Positions 13,663 through 27,721 of a stretch of DNA of 64,000 nt are shown here, in pieces. This DNA is from Microthyrium microscopicum. Taxonomy: Eukaryota. The stretch spans positions 510,538 to 574,537 of the forward strand of contig MU004235.1 of NCBI GenBank assembly GCA_010405405.1. Reading direction: 5' to 3'. Numbering within the stretch: position 1 is the first letter of the stretch; each line of letters begins with the position of its first letter. Under the pieces are notes generated by a model. The model did not search any database. It was not told the DNA's origin and saw nothing but the letters and a program-made list of their open reading frames with translations. Both the position numbers and the translations under genes were made by a program.

Positions 13663-16600
13663 TTTAATAAACTTTTAGTAATAAATAATATTTTAATCCT
13701 TCTATAGTATAATACTAACCTTACTAGTTATTTAGAGTATCTTAACCTTTAGCCTACTAAGGCAACTATTAAGAAGTATTAATAAACCTTAAGATATCCT
13801 TAGAATACTCTAATTCTTAAGTCCTAGTAGTCTAGTAGTTAGTAATCTTATTAATATAGGAGAATTAGTAGTATAATTATTTTACTCCTCCTAATTAGTA
13901 GGAACGCTATTAGAGTTATAATTAATACTATTACTAGTAGGCTTTAGTATTAGTAGTATCTAGGTAGGATATAAGCCTAGCTTACTAGGGTACTAAGCAT
14001 AAAACTTAGTAATAAGCTCTAGTACGTTCTTAGTAGCTATCTAATTATACTATTTAGCTTTATTATAACTAGTATACTTAATCTCGTATTATAGCTTCTT
14101 ATATTAACTAGTAAAGTAGCTATTAATAATAGCGTTAATAGACTATTTATTATTATTTATAGTCTCTTTAACGACTACTAGTAATAGGTTAGTATACTTA
14201 AGTAGCTTAGCGTTATCTATAATATAGTAAAGGACCTAAGTATAGAAGATATTATATATCTTTATAAAAGTAGAGAGATTAAGTTTATAGGTAATAATAT
14301 TAATCTTTTTAATTATATAGAAAGAGCCTATGTTTTTATCATCTAGAGTTTTTAAAGGACGTAATATAGGGTAGTTCTATATATCTAAGTAAATCTAGTT
14401 ACCTAGTAATAGGTCTAGAGCTATATAGTAATAGTAGTTAGCGTACTCTACTTACTAAGCTTATACCTAGATTAATTACTCTATTAAATAATTATATATC
14501 TTAGCGCAACCCTTCTACATTATATCTATATTAATAGCTTCCTTATTAGCTATTATAGAAATATTTATAGATTTTAGAAGGCAATATAAGGACTTAAGGC
14601 CTAATTAAGGGTTAAATCTATTTTAAGCTTTAAAAGGTATAACTTCTATAGTAGCGTTTATAGCAAAATTAATTATAAATTTAGCAAAGGATAGAAGGGC
14701 TACTTAGTTATCTTAATCCTAGTTAATAAATACGCGTAAGAACTACTTAAGTATAGTAACTAAGATTTCTATTATGCTATTAGTTTTAAAGTAAAATGCT
14801 ATACTAAAGTAGAGTATTATGCTTATATATTTATATAAGCGCTTCTAAAATATAAAGGTAAATTAGCTACTATAATCTAAAAGAATTATTAATAGCTAGC
14901 TAATAAGCTTCTATATATAGTTAATAAAGGCTAGTACTATTAAGTCTATAGAGAAGTCTAGTAGTAAAATAAAGCGTTAGGTCTATATATATTAATTAAT
15001 AACTATTATAATATACTAGTAAATTACGCCTTAGTATAAATAATAAGGTAATAAGATAGTAAAATTAATAGAGATATTAGACTATATACGTTTAGAAAGA
15101 AGGAATTATTATAAGAAGCCTTACTTCTTTTAGTAAACTAGTTTAGTAAATACGTACTTATAGCTCTTAATAAAGCTCTTAACGTTCTATAATATCTTAA
15201 GCTACTAGTAATTCTCTTATAGGTAGTAGTAAGTTATTACTACTCTGCTATAGCCTATAGCTTTATAGCTATATATACTCTATATAGCGCGATACTAAAG
15301 CTTTTCTTAAAAGATAAAGATTTAGTTATAATAAAGGATTATTTTATTAGTAGCTACTATATAGTCTCTAAGCTTAATCTACTCTTATTCTAGAGTATTA
15401 AAGGGTAAAAAGAGCTAATAGTTAGTTTTAGCGTAGTAAATAGTAATTATTATTTTATTATACTCTATTATATTTATAATATCTTATAAAAACTAGTTAC
15501 TATTAAAATTTAGAAATAAGTTATCTCCTAAGAGATTAAGTAGCTTACTCTTAGGCGTCTTATTATTACTAAGAGACTCTCTTATAGGATTAAGTAGCTT
15601 ACTTATAGGATTAGAAATATCTAACTTATTCTAAGTAATAATAGCTAGATATAGTATTAAGAAGTAGGTAGGTTTAATAAGTAATATAGCTAGCTTTACT
15701 ATATAGTTTATATTAAATTAGTATAAGAATAATAAAGGTTAGACTTATTAAGAGACATAAGGGTTATTATTACTTTATAAGATATCTTATAACTAATAGG
15801 TAAGAGTATCTACCTTTTTATTAGCTATACCTAGTTAGTACTTTATTTTAAAGTAAAACTAGAAGAGAAACTTAGTCTATCTAGCTTATTATTAAGAGAG
15901 ACGTTTTATTATTATAAACGTCTAAAGGTTATAGTAATTAGAAAATACTTAAATAGGGTTAATAGAGCTAAATAGCTTTAGTTCTTATTCTTTAAATATA
16001 TAAATAATAGCTAGAAGTTCTTTATTATAAATATTATAATTATATTCTACTAGAGTTATCTTCTTTAAGAGGTATATAATTAGATAAAGCTTCTTATTAT
16101 TACTTTTTTAAGAGAGAACTATAGTATAAACCTAATCTAAGGTATTTATTTCTAGCTATATCTTTTTAGTATAATTAAAGTAGCGTAATATCTTAGTAAA
16201 TATAAAGTTTATCTTTAGCTTCTTAAATATATATTCCTTTAGCTTATTAGGGTCTTAAGGGAAGATTACTATAGCGTTCTTTTTTATAAGTACTATTAGT
16301 AGTGCTATAGTCTTTAAATATTTAAGAATAAATTAGTAATAAAAGTTAGTAAAGCTAAGAAAAGCTTAAACGTCTTTAACTAAAAAGAAACGTTACTAGT
16401 TAACTACGTTTTAAACCTTCTCTAGGTCTATCTTAATGCCTTTAGTAGTAATAATTAGGCTAAGGTATTTAACTTATTAAGTATTAAATTTATACTTCTA
16501 GATATCTAAGTATAACCCTACTTTGCTTATTACTTTTAAGACTAGGTAGGTATAGGTAGTATAGCTAGCTTTAATATTACTAAAGACTAATAGATTATTT

Positions 16601-19600
16601 ATATAGCTTATAATAAAGTTATTAAGGTAATTAATTAGAATATAGTTAAGATAAGCTTAGAAGGTCTCTAAGGCTCTAGTAAGGCTAAAGAGTATAACTT
16701 TAAATTTATATAACTTATAGTAAGTTAAGAATATAGTCTTATATTTATTACTAGGTTTAATATAGATATATATAAAGGTAATAATAATATTAAACTTAAA
16801 GAAGTATTTTACATAATAGATATAGATTAAAGTTTTTAGTAGCTATAAAGGAACGTTATAATTTTTTTATATAATCTTATTAAGTCTATAATAATTAATA
16901 TAAACTTAAATTTCTTCTTCTAGTTTATATATATATAGTATTAGTATAGCGTAATATAATTTACTAGCCTAAACTTAATCTTAACTAAGTATCTAATTAA
17001 CGTATTATTTAATAATAAGGAATTCCTAGTAACTTAGACTATTATAGTAGCGTTTAAGGATTATAGCGTCTAGGATAATATTAATAGAGTAATCCTATTT
17101 ACTATAATATAGTATAAGTTTATTACCTAATTTTAGGTTAAAGACGTCTATATAATAGTAATATTCTTTTAGTAAGCGTTTAAGAATCTCTTTTTATAAA
17201 AGAAGAGGTTTATTATATTTCTCTTACTACTTTTTAAAGTCCTTAGATAAGATTTTACCTAAATTAATAGTAATATCTTCTTTTAGCATAGAATCTAGAT
17301 TTAGAGGTTTCTTATCTTTTTTATCTTTAAAATTATTAGGCTAGATTTTACTAAATTATTAGCCTCGTTCTAGTAGTTTAACAAAGATAGTAACGCTAAC
17401 TATAGTAACGTTTTTAAAGTAAGGATTAGTTAGGTTAACTAAATAGCCTTTATAATTTATAAAGATTAGGCAACTAGCTAGTAGGCAATATACTAAGTAG
17501 TAGTCTAAATTAAAGAGGATTTGCTTTTTTCCTCTTTTAAAAGTAACTTTATAGAGGTTAATCTATAGGTTACTAAGGATAATATCATAGCTAGCTACGT
17601 TTATAATGAAGTAGTAGATTTATTTAATATACCCTCTTAAATAGACGTTAACTATAGTAGCTTTATTAACCTTTATAATAGCCTTACTATTAGCTAATTA
17701 TATAATTTAGGGGATAGAGAGATTAATAGTAGGGATTCTATATTATTTAATAAAGTTAAGGTAAATAATTTCTATTATTCTACTTCCTATATTTATAAGG
17801 ATATTAATTTTTAAGTAGTAGCCTTACTTTAGAAAGAATATAGTATTATAAGTAGTCTACTAATTGCTTACTATAGATATAGTAGCTACTTCTTAAGGGT
17901 AAAAATTATATACTATAGAGGTAAGAAATATCTTAATAATAACTAACTTAGTATTATTAAATATAATAGGCTCTAGGAATAATACTTATTAGAGGTTAAC
18001 TTCTAAGTACTAAATAGTCTTATTAACCTTATGTTAGATTTATTCTTCTATAAGAACTAGCTTAGGGTTAGGTTTATTCTTCTTCTATTACTAATTATAT
18101 ATTTCTTATTTATTTAGCTTCTTTACGCATCTTTATAGAGAAGCTTTTAGTTTTTTGTATTATTACTATAATTATACTTGTTATAATTATCCTCTATAGT
18201 TAGAGACTAAAGAGATTAAGTAGTAATTTAATTATAAATAGTAATAAACTTTATAATAATAGCTATAATCTTTAGTTAGATTTTAGCGTCTAATAAGGCA
18301 TCTCTATCCTTATATAGTACTAAGTTATACTAATAGCTATAGCCTTTCTTTTTATACTTTATATAATAGTTGTTAGCCTTTAAGGCGTTATAGATATCTA
18401 AAGAGTAATTAAACTTAGGTTTTTATCTACTATCCTTAGCTACTAGATGATTATTATTATTATAGCTTTACAAATTAGTAGAGGAGATATATTTAATATA
18501 ATAAGTAATAGTATATAGGCTCTTAAGGAAATTTATAAATATTTTTAATTCTATAAAGAGTACTCTCTTTATAAATTTTAGGAGTAGAAAAGGACGTATT
18601 TTAATAATCTTATCTTAATTACTAAGCTTAGCTTCTTATAAATTCTTTAAGAAGTAAACTAGGAATTATTTAAGCTTCTTAGTAGGCTTTATTATAGCTT
18701 CTTAACTTTTAAGCTAGGTCTTAGTAGTAATATAGCTATCTTTAATACTATACTTATAGTTTAGATTAGACTATATCTTTACTATAGATAAATATAGGTT
18801 AGTTAACTTATAATTACTCTACTTATTAATAGTACTAAATGCTTAATCCTTTATTACTCCTTAGACAACTTAAATCTTAGAGGCTTCTATAAAATAGACT
18901 TATACATTATTATTAAGATAGTTTAGTACTTTATCTTTCTAAGCATAGTACTTCTACTTATTCTTTCTTAAGAAGAGTAAAGGCTTATTACTTTATACTT
19001 TAAGAAGAGAAGCGCTACTAATTAAGTTAAGGTTAGAGAAGAGAGTAGTTTAATATAAGTTTAGTACCCCTAGAGATATATTTAAGTTAGGTTAATCTAT
19101 ATTCTAAGCTAGAGAGGTCTAGTAGAATAGATTATTATCTACTAACTTATTATAATTAAGATAGAGATTAGTTGCCTTAGTAGCTAAGGGTTTCTTTTAA
19201 AGGGCGTTAACTTAGGCTTAAAGAATAGTAGCTTTATCTACCTTCTCTTATAAAGCCTTATAATATTTACTAATTTTATTAATGTAAGTAGTAAGTACTT
19301 TCTTAAGTAAATTATTATTATATTATAGCTTCTATACTTTTTAGTAGGTAGTTACTACTTCCTTAAGAGTAATAGTATTATCTTAAATTTATACTTTAAG
19401 GTAAGTAATCTATTTTGCGTATTTATTATTAGTTTTAGCTAAGTCTTATATTTCTTCTTAAGCTTCTAAAGCTTCTTTCTAGAGAGTATAGATTAAGTCT
19501 ATATTATAAGTATTTATATTTTACTTAATTTTAAAAAGGTAGGCTATAGTTTAAGAAGCTAATAATAAGGCGTAGAGCTATATAACTAAGTTATTTAGCG

Positions 19601-20746
19601 TAATCTCTTCTTTTAATAGACGTTCTAGGTCTATATTTAATTTAATTAGGTAGTAGAAGTAGTAGTAAAGGTTTAATTACTTTTCTTTATAATAAAGGTA
19701 TACTCCTATATCTTTTAGCTTATTGCTTTCTTTACTAGGCATTTTTTATACTTAAGTAGCTTAAAAGATTAGAAGGTTCTTATTAATAGTTAGAGTAACT
19801 AGTTAATTAAGGTTTACTACTATAGAGTAGTAAGATATTAATATAGGTAGTACTTTAAGGCCTTTAGCTTACTAGCATAGTTTTATTAGCTATTTATATA
19901 TTTTAAGAAAAAGTCTAGTATTATTATTAGGTTAGAAAGGAGCTAGCAACTAGTTATTTCCTATATTTATTTAGTTTAGTAAAGTTATTTAACTAGTATT
20001 TTAAGGAGTGTCTTCTAATACTTTAGTCTCTTTACCTTTATAGCCTTATTCTAATAGATAATTATTTTCTAACTTGTCTTTATCTTTTAATAACGCTCTT
20101 AAGTTTAGTTTTAATAATTTTAATAGTCTTAAGACGCTTTCTACTAAATCTACTACTTTCTAGGTAGTATTTAGTTATACTATATTCTAGGTATTAGGTC
20201 TATTTTAATACTTAGTATATATAGTAGAAGGGTAATATAATAGAAATAGGTAATGTAAGTATATAAGAGATAAGGATAGGTATTAATTATTAGGCTAAGT
20301 ATAAGTAATTAGAAATAGTAAGTAGGCTATATAGCTATTAACTTAGGTCTATTAGTTAGGAGCTTTATTAACTATAGTTATAAATAATAAAGAAGGGTAC
20401 TAGAAGGAAATACTTATTTATTTAGTATATTTTAATAATAAGTATATTAAGTATAATTATAAATATTTAGTAGTAGTATAGAAGATAAACTTTAGTATTT
20501 TATAGAACTAAGAATAAAAGGCAATTAATACTTAGACTATTAATAGATTAAAGAGTATTAAGAAATCTTAACGCTCTAATTAGATAAAGGGTTAATAGGG
20601 CTAATAGATTTAGTAAATCTATAAAGAATCTTTAATAGGGTCTAAGACTATGCGTATAAGATATTAATCTATATAGGTGCTTCTTTAGAAGTAAATTCTA
20701 AAGTGTATAGTATAAGTATATAGGTAGTTAAATAGTTTATAGATTA

Positions 20747-20973
20747 TATAACGAGCTATAGAACTTAGAGTAAGTAGATAATTAGATTATATTCTAGAAT
20801 CTATAAATAAAAGAAAGAGAGAAGAAGATTTAGAAGAGCTATAGATCTATAAAGGAAGTAAGTCCGCTTAGTAGATCCTTAGGCGCGCTAACCCCCCTAG
20901 GTCTAGCGCGTGATCTTGTAACAAGATCTCTCTCATAATACCGCTGTGAAGCCTATGAAGAGGAATCATTACA
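20747..20973 (-). repeat. 5' LTR of Gypsy B
   Basis: Co-linear with 13319..13545; ends TCATTACA followed by TSD ATTAG. Confidence 0.95.
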
Positions 20974-20978
20974 ATTAG

Positions 20979-21107
20979 CTATTATATCTTTTTACCTTTT
21001 CTACCCCTTTCTATATATTACTTTTATCTCTATTATAGCCTAAATTCTAGGCTCTAAGAAGATACGTTTTACGTCTTTAACGAAATATAAATACCGTAGT
21101 TATTACA
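20979..21107 (+). mobile_element. Distal part of the Copia 3' LTR
   Basis: RIP-like sequence resuming after the ATTAG TSD. Ends TATTACA, the inverse complement of the de-RIPed LTR start TGTAATA at 13229; reconstructed LTR ~219 bp. Confidence 0.75.
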
Positions 21108-24100
21108 GTAGTTAGTTAATTAGATTCTTCAATGTTCCCTTCACCGATTCTGCATTCCCTGAGCTGCACGGACCGTATTCCGTCAACCCCACCCGCTCTC
21201 CCTCGCGAACAACTCCCATCTCTATCATTCTTCTCTCGTCTCCATCAAAATAAAAGAACCAACATCTGATATCTTATATTTCCTTTCTGACCATACTGTC
21301 TATTGTACTCTTTACAATCTGGAAGTCCATGAACCTTCGATTACCACTCCGCACCCATCTTTACCTTCAAATTTGCAAGATATGGATACATCGAATATGC
21401 CACAGCTTCCAGACTGTACTCTAGAGCACCGTACAACGCGCAGGTTTTTTATTTCCAAAAATGGCCACTGCAAAAACATCTTCAATCTTCCATTGCTTTT
21501 TGCGCAGACATGCGTAACAAAGCTGCAAGGTAATGCCAAAGTGCTGTTGCTATCTAGCCCATCATGTCGCAGCAGCGCTTTCAATCGCTTAATTTCTTCG
21601 CAAATTCATCCAATGCAAACGTTGGAATTACAATCACCATGGTAGTACTGAAATATAGGATCGTACTTACTTTACAGCTTGTATGCAAGCTGAAATCTGG
21701 TGCTCTTCTTATTCTTGAACTGCTCCTGGATCTCTTTGCTTACCCTGCAATTAACCAATAACTTGTGATCGCCAACATGATATCCTATTTCGGAGGAATC
21801 GTTTCCCCCAGATTTGTTTTACTCATCTACAACGTCTATCCAACTTGGCTCGTTCTAATCACCACCTCATGTATGATTGGGTCAAAGCGCTACATTCGAG
21901 TAACCTCAAAGATCCTTGCTGCTGCGCATGCCGACTGCATCAGGCAATTCACTAACATGTCTTAGATTTTTACCGAATCAAGCACGAGTAATCCACCCAA
22001 TTTTGATAGCTCAACTACCGACATATGCAAACATACTCGACAGAAATGCCATTGTATGTTTACATGCAATGCTGTGATACCCAATTGTGTCGTCGCTACC
22101 CGAATCCTCATTGATAACATATTGTTTGGCGTCAAATTCATTCTATTGAACATCGAGTGGTGAGGTTTTGATTTATCTGTTCTTGTGATCCCTGCTCCGA
22201 CTCGGCAGCTAGTAACTTTAAACCTCGAAAGGCTAGCCGATGAAGGCACGAGAGTATCGCACCAGATGACAGCAGCGCAAACCATCATATGACCAAACCA
22301 GGCAACGTGAATATGGCACTGTGCATGTGGAAGAAAATAGTGCCTGATGCCTGTTGAATATCCAGCCTCCAAGCCATGGTACTACGACATTATGAGCATT
22401 TGTGTGTCGATATTGACCTATCTCGATATTCCGTGACCGTGATTGGTATTAATTGCGCACACCTGCAGACGATACACCTTGTGCTACCACGCACCGCGCA
22501 CAAAATAACTTACAGGCCCGGCAAGGTGGAATTGGATGCAGAAATCCCAGGCAGAATCCAGAACTCTTCCCCAGCACGAGGATCATTGGGGCATTCCTGC
22601 AGGTCTTCCCAGCATCTTATTTCCTCTCCACCTCGCAAATACTGCGATACAACAGGGAAGAACGGGCTAAGACGGCGACCAAATCCGATATGAGCTCACT
22701 TATGCTGGCCGGCAAAGGGCCAGAAATTGTATTTACACGTGTAGCTAGTCTAGTCGCGCACCTCGGGACTTTGCCGTGTGCCCCGAGCAGCTTTGCGAGC
22801 CTGGTAGGGAACGTCCTTCCTCTGATGCTGCAAATGCTGGCGGTTTGAATGCACAGTAGAGACACTAAAGATGCCAGAAGGGATTAGGTTGCTGGGCCTT
22901 TGCTCTCTGACAACACGTATTGGCCAGTTGTCTCGTCCGCGCTGGCCACAGATTTAGACTGTAGCAAGAGTTGAGCCAAAGGAGTTGGTTAGATAATAAT
23001 GCGGGTCTGCTCGCTCAGAATCAAGATGCGAAGGGCGTTGGGAGCTAGGAAGTTTGTTTCCTCCCACAAAACGTTGAATATCATTGCTCGTCTCGTTTAA
23101 GGATCGGATGGGCATTAAAGGAACGACCACCACACGACACAAGATTGCAAACAAGACCGCGAAAGTTTTGTCTCGGGCGCAAGCCTGTTAGTGTCATCAA
23201 CATATCTGACTTTCCAATCTCAAGAACATCCAACTACAAACTGCCGGTGTCGAGCACCAAGTTAAAAATAATACTTCTCGCCCTTCACCCTAAGAAAGAC
23301 CCTGAAAAGCCACTGTACACACAAACTCAAAACACACCACCACGCGGGAAGTAGATTGTTTCCTTAACAAGGTAAGCAAGCTTCCCTTGCCTTGTAATCC
23401 AGCATTTCGAGAACTAGATTCTTAGTTTCAGTATTTTGTACCCATATACTGGTGCTGAACATTCAATCTAATCAATTCTTGGATGCAGTTGCCACTCTCG
23501 GCCCTAGAGTCTGGATACACATCGGTCACCCGGATGTTCCTTCGCATATAACATATCAACATCAAATATTAGCAACCGCATATTGTACAATTGTACATCT
23601 GCAGGACATCTGCCATTTACAAGGAACCAAGGAAACTTCATCTGGGAGGCATATGGTTCTTGTGTGTATTTCTTCACAGTATACACTGCGAACTCAGCAT
23701 TGCAACTGCCTTCGGAAAGACACTGGTATCTGGAGGCTCCATCATCTTCCTTTTTTCTTTCTCTAGTTCTCATTGCTGTTTTCTCAGTTCAAATTCCACT
23801 TCTCCACCGCCGTTCTATCCATCAATCGCCCATCCCACCCTAATCAGTAATTACGCATTCCCCCGCAGCTCATATCGCGGCTCTTACCAGTCGTTGCCCA
23901 TCCCCATATTTCGGATAGGATCAGCCCAAGCCACTCCGGGTGACTTGCACAACAGCTGCGAGATCGACTCTATCGCATCTCCATTATTTCGATCTCATCG
24001 ACCAGCGCGCGCGTGGGACTTACTACAACTCATTGTTTGCCGGACCTTCTGGTTTTCGCCTCAAACTGGCGGTCATATGCCCCGTCTGCCGACCTGAAAA

Positions 24101-24670
24101 TACGCTCCAACCTCCAACAAAGTCCAAAGCAGCACTTTGAAGTTCAGGAAGAACTGTTCACGAGCCACCCGTGTATCGTCAACCTTGACACTCAAATATA
24201 TCCCCACTGAGCACTATCTGGACCTAAGTACCTAGTCCCCCTACTAGTATTAGCAACTACACCTGCATTGTTCTACTCTAGCAGTCAGTTCACATCCAGC
24301 AACGCCACACCTCACAGGGATCCCGGCCAATTTCTATTTCTCTGGCTCAAAGTGCTGACACCATCTTTCGAGAACACCATCGGCTAGCACCGAAGGTGAA
24401 AGTGCTATTCCTTCACCTCTATCAAATATACAACTCATCACCAGATTCACAACTCATTACTCTCTTCACCTCTCGTCTTTGCCCCTCAGAAAATGGCCAC
24501 TTAATTGAGGGGCAACGTCCACCTGCTACTATCCGTCTGCAGACTTCGCGAGCACCGACTACGAGCGCAACGTTTTTGTCTACCCTTCAATTAATCCAAA
24601 CTTGCGCAGTACTTATTCAGTTCCGAGCTGGTGACGCCCGATTCGCCCAGCTCTACCCACTCGTTCAAGC

Positions 24671-27600
24671 ATGGGCGCCCAGACTTTTCAATCGTCACCA
24701 GAAGACAAGCTAAGCAAGGCCTCCCTGGCGATCAACTCCAAATTCATTTCTGCCGATCTGATCTTAACTGCCATTCACTTCTTCTCGCCAATCAGTGTTC
24801 TCCTCTTTTTTCTGGTCTGCTTTACAACAAGAAGCATCCGCGTCTCAACTCCAGACAACTCTGGCTCCAATGTTAACGGCAATGGACATTCTGAACTCTA
24901 CGGTCCTGGCGGAAGGCCCTTGCCACAGCGTCAACTCACTGGTTTGATGCGAAGACAGGATAAGAAGAACGACTTTCGTCCATATCAAAAGCTAGCTTTC
25001 CAGATTTTGCAGTCTCTTGCGACTCTGTCTTTTCTAGGAAATGCGGCTGCTGTGGTAATTCATGTTCTTGTTAAGCGTGGCTGGTGGTGTGGACAAGAAC
25101 AAACGGTAGGTTTCGCGAATGATATTGATATGATGAAAATGTCAGTACTGACGTCAATCTAGGTCTATGTCATTGGATCATTTATGGTATACACTGTCTT
25201 GAATCTGACCCTCATAGAGACGAAGCCATCACCGACATGGGTCTTGTTTTCAACTTGGCTCTTGACATTATTGCTGGAAGCTGTTCGTCTGGTATGCTAC
25301 TTGAAAGTAAACCTTTCTCATCATCGCTTGAGTAAATGGAAAACCGCCGAGGTCATTATCAGTCTCTCTAGAGTCTTGATTCTTCTTGGCCTTGTTCTGC
25401 TCTATATCACATTTACCCACATCCCGCATCGACCTACTCTACCACAGCCTGCTCCTCGACCACTGACTGCTGAAGAATCCGTTGGCCTATTGAACGCTCA
25501 GCATAATGGCCAGCCTAGAAGTGCGGCTAATGGATACGGTACTGTGAACGGCGCCACTCGTACTACTAATGGCGGCACCCCTCCATCTGTTGATACAACA
25601 TCTCGTCCTCGCCCAGATCGGGGTGACAGCGAACCCGGCTGGGTACGCCCTGATAAGGTACCATCACGTAGTTGGTGGGACTACATCAGAGGATACTCGA
25701 CGTTCTTTCCCTATCTCTGGCCTAAAAGAAACCCGAAGTTGCAATTAACCGTTGGGGCATGCTTTTTACTTGTTGGGGCCCAACGCGCACTCAATGTTAT
25801 GGTTCCTTTACAACTTGGAGTTATCACCGACATACTCAGCGGGGAAACTGGACCTGTTCGCATGCCCTGGAAAGAATTATTGTTCTTCATTTGCTTTCGC
25901 TTGCTCCAAGGGTCACAAAGTCTTCTCAATGTGCTTCGATCTATTCTGTGGATACCTATACAACAGTATTCCTACCGGGAACTATCGGTAGCCTCCTTTG
26001 AACACGTACATTCCCTGAGTCTGGACTTTCACCTGTCCAAAAAGACAGGCGAGGTCATCTCAGCTCTTGGCAAGGGTAACTCCATCAACAGCTTTTTGGA
26101 CCAGTTAACTTTCAACGTGATCCCGATGATAATAGATCTGTGCGTTGCTATGGGATACTTCTTGATCGCATTTGATGCCTACTACGCTCTGGCCATAACA
26201 GTCATGACATTTTGGTACATATACATGACCATCCGCCTCGCCAAGCGACGACAAGATGCTCGACGTACGATGGTGACCGATAGCAGGGAACAAGATGCCA
26301 TCAAGTAAGGAGACATTCCTAATCTTTACATCTGCTAATTTTCTATCAGAACCGATTCCTTATCGTCATTCGAGACCGTCAAGTATTTCAATGCTGAACA
26401 ACATGAGTTCAATCGCTATCGAAGTGCTGTTGAGAAATATCAAAACTCGGAATATACAGTCAATATTGCCTTGAGCATAATGAACTTGGCGCAAAACCTA
26501 ATATTCATGGGGGGCTTACTTGTGGTTTGCTACATTGCCGCATTTCAAGTCACCCAGAAACAGATCAGAGTTGGTAAGTTCGTGACCCTTTTGACGTACA
26601 TGAGTCAATTACAAGTTCCACTCAACTATTTCGGCACTTTCTATAAGTCGGTACAAAGTTCCATGATCAACGCTGAGCGTCTTCTTGAACTGTTCAAGGA
26701 GAAAGCAACTGTATCTGACAAAGACGGTGCCACCGAGCTTGAAAGTTGCAACGGAGACATTCGATTTCGCAACGTTCAGTTTGCATACGATAAGCGTAAG
26801 AATGCATTGAATGGCATGGACTTTCATTGCAGACCGAACACAACGACAGCGCTTGTTGGGGAATCCGGAGGGGGTAAATCCACCGTTTTTCGCCTTCTTT
26901 TCCGATTCTACAACTGTGCAGAGGGCGGTATCGACATTGACGGACATGACGTACAAGATATCACAATCGAGTCACTTCGACGCCATATTGGGGTTGTCCC
27001 GCAGGATACTGTTCTGTTCAACGAGACGATAATGTACAACCTCAAATACGCAAAATCAGATGCCACCATTGAGGAGGTCCATGAAGCATGTCGGGCTGCA
27101 TGTATTCACGACAAGATCATGAGCTTTCCCGATGGTTACAAGACTAAGGTTGGCGAACGCGGCCAGCGTCTTTCTGGTGGTGAAAAGCAGCGGGTGGCAA
27201 TCGCACGTTTGATCCTCAAAGGACCTCCCATCATTCTGCTCGATGAGGCTACCGCAGCACTGGATTCTGGAACCGAGCGACATATCCAAGACGCATTCAA
27301 AGCTTTGTCCCGCGGCCGTACTGTCCTTGTCATTGCACATAGACTTAGTACTATAGCCAGAGCTGACCAGATACTGGTGCTGAAAGGAGGCAAAGTCTCT
27401 GAACGCGGCGACCACAATAAGCTTATCAAGCTCAGCGGTGATTATGCCACCATGTGGAAGAAGCAGGTAGAGGCGCAAGTAGCGGCTAAAGAGGCCTCTA
27501 ACTTGTATGCCAAAGTCGACCGTCTTCGACGCGAGTCTAAGGGCGACGTTAATCTCGAGCGCTACATTCCCACTTCCAACGAGACTAGTGACTCAGAAAA

Positions 27601-27721
27601 CGAAGAGGATCGTCGACGACGTCTAGGCCGCGTCGGAAAGCACCACGACGAGACGCGGCACAATTCCGACGATGAGCAGACTGCGCATCACGAGGCGCTC
27701 AGAATGCGACATAACGAATAG
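24671..27721 (+). CDS. hmt1: ABC half-transporter, HMT1/ABCB6 heavy-metal-tolerance type; exons 24671..25105, 25163..26304, 26350..27721
   Basis: N-terminal extra TM domain; FFPYLWP; LSLDFHLSKKTGEV; ETVKYFNAE; Walker A GESGGGKST; signature LSGGEKQRVAIAR; Walker B ILLDEATAALD; two canonical introns restore the frame. Confidence 0.93.

Larger units (their letters stand above)
13319..20973 (-). mobile_element. Full-length Ty3/Gypsy chromovirus B (7655 bp, RIP-inactivated), inserted in the Copia 3' LTR
   Basis: 227-bp LTRs at 13319..13545 and 20747..20973 (TG...CA outer ends intact). 5-bp TSD ATTAG at 13314..13318 and 20974..20978. PPT 13546..13558. RT YINNLLVF (YxDD) at 16594..16605. GPF-like motif LDDKNIGSFYII at ~14310..14345. 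Chromodomain-like segment ~13990..14150. Confidence 0.96.
1..21107. other. AT-rich RIP-degenerated transposon block (AT isochore)
   Basis: Very AT-rich, TpA-rich and CpA/TpG-poor, with no ORFs in the supplied track. Retroelement motifs are readable only with C>T/G>A changes. Abrupt switch to normal GC at ~21110. Confidence 0.97.

Noticed and set aside
1..21107. AT-rich block as mitochondrial insertion, foreign DNA or centromere
   Set aside because: Fully explained by RIPed nuclear LTR elements; centromere status cannot be judged from this window.
21312..24660. Short overlapping ORFs between the AT block and hmt1 (including intron-like signals near 22460..22510 on - and 23371..23488 on +)
   Set aside because: No recognisable domain or consistent exon chain; may be UTR or a relic, but not supportable.
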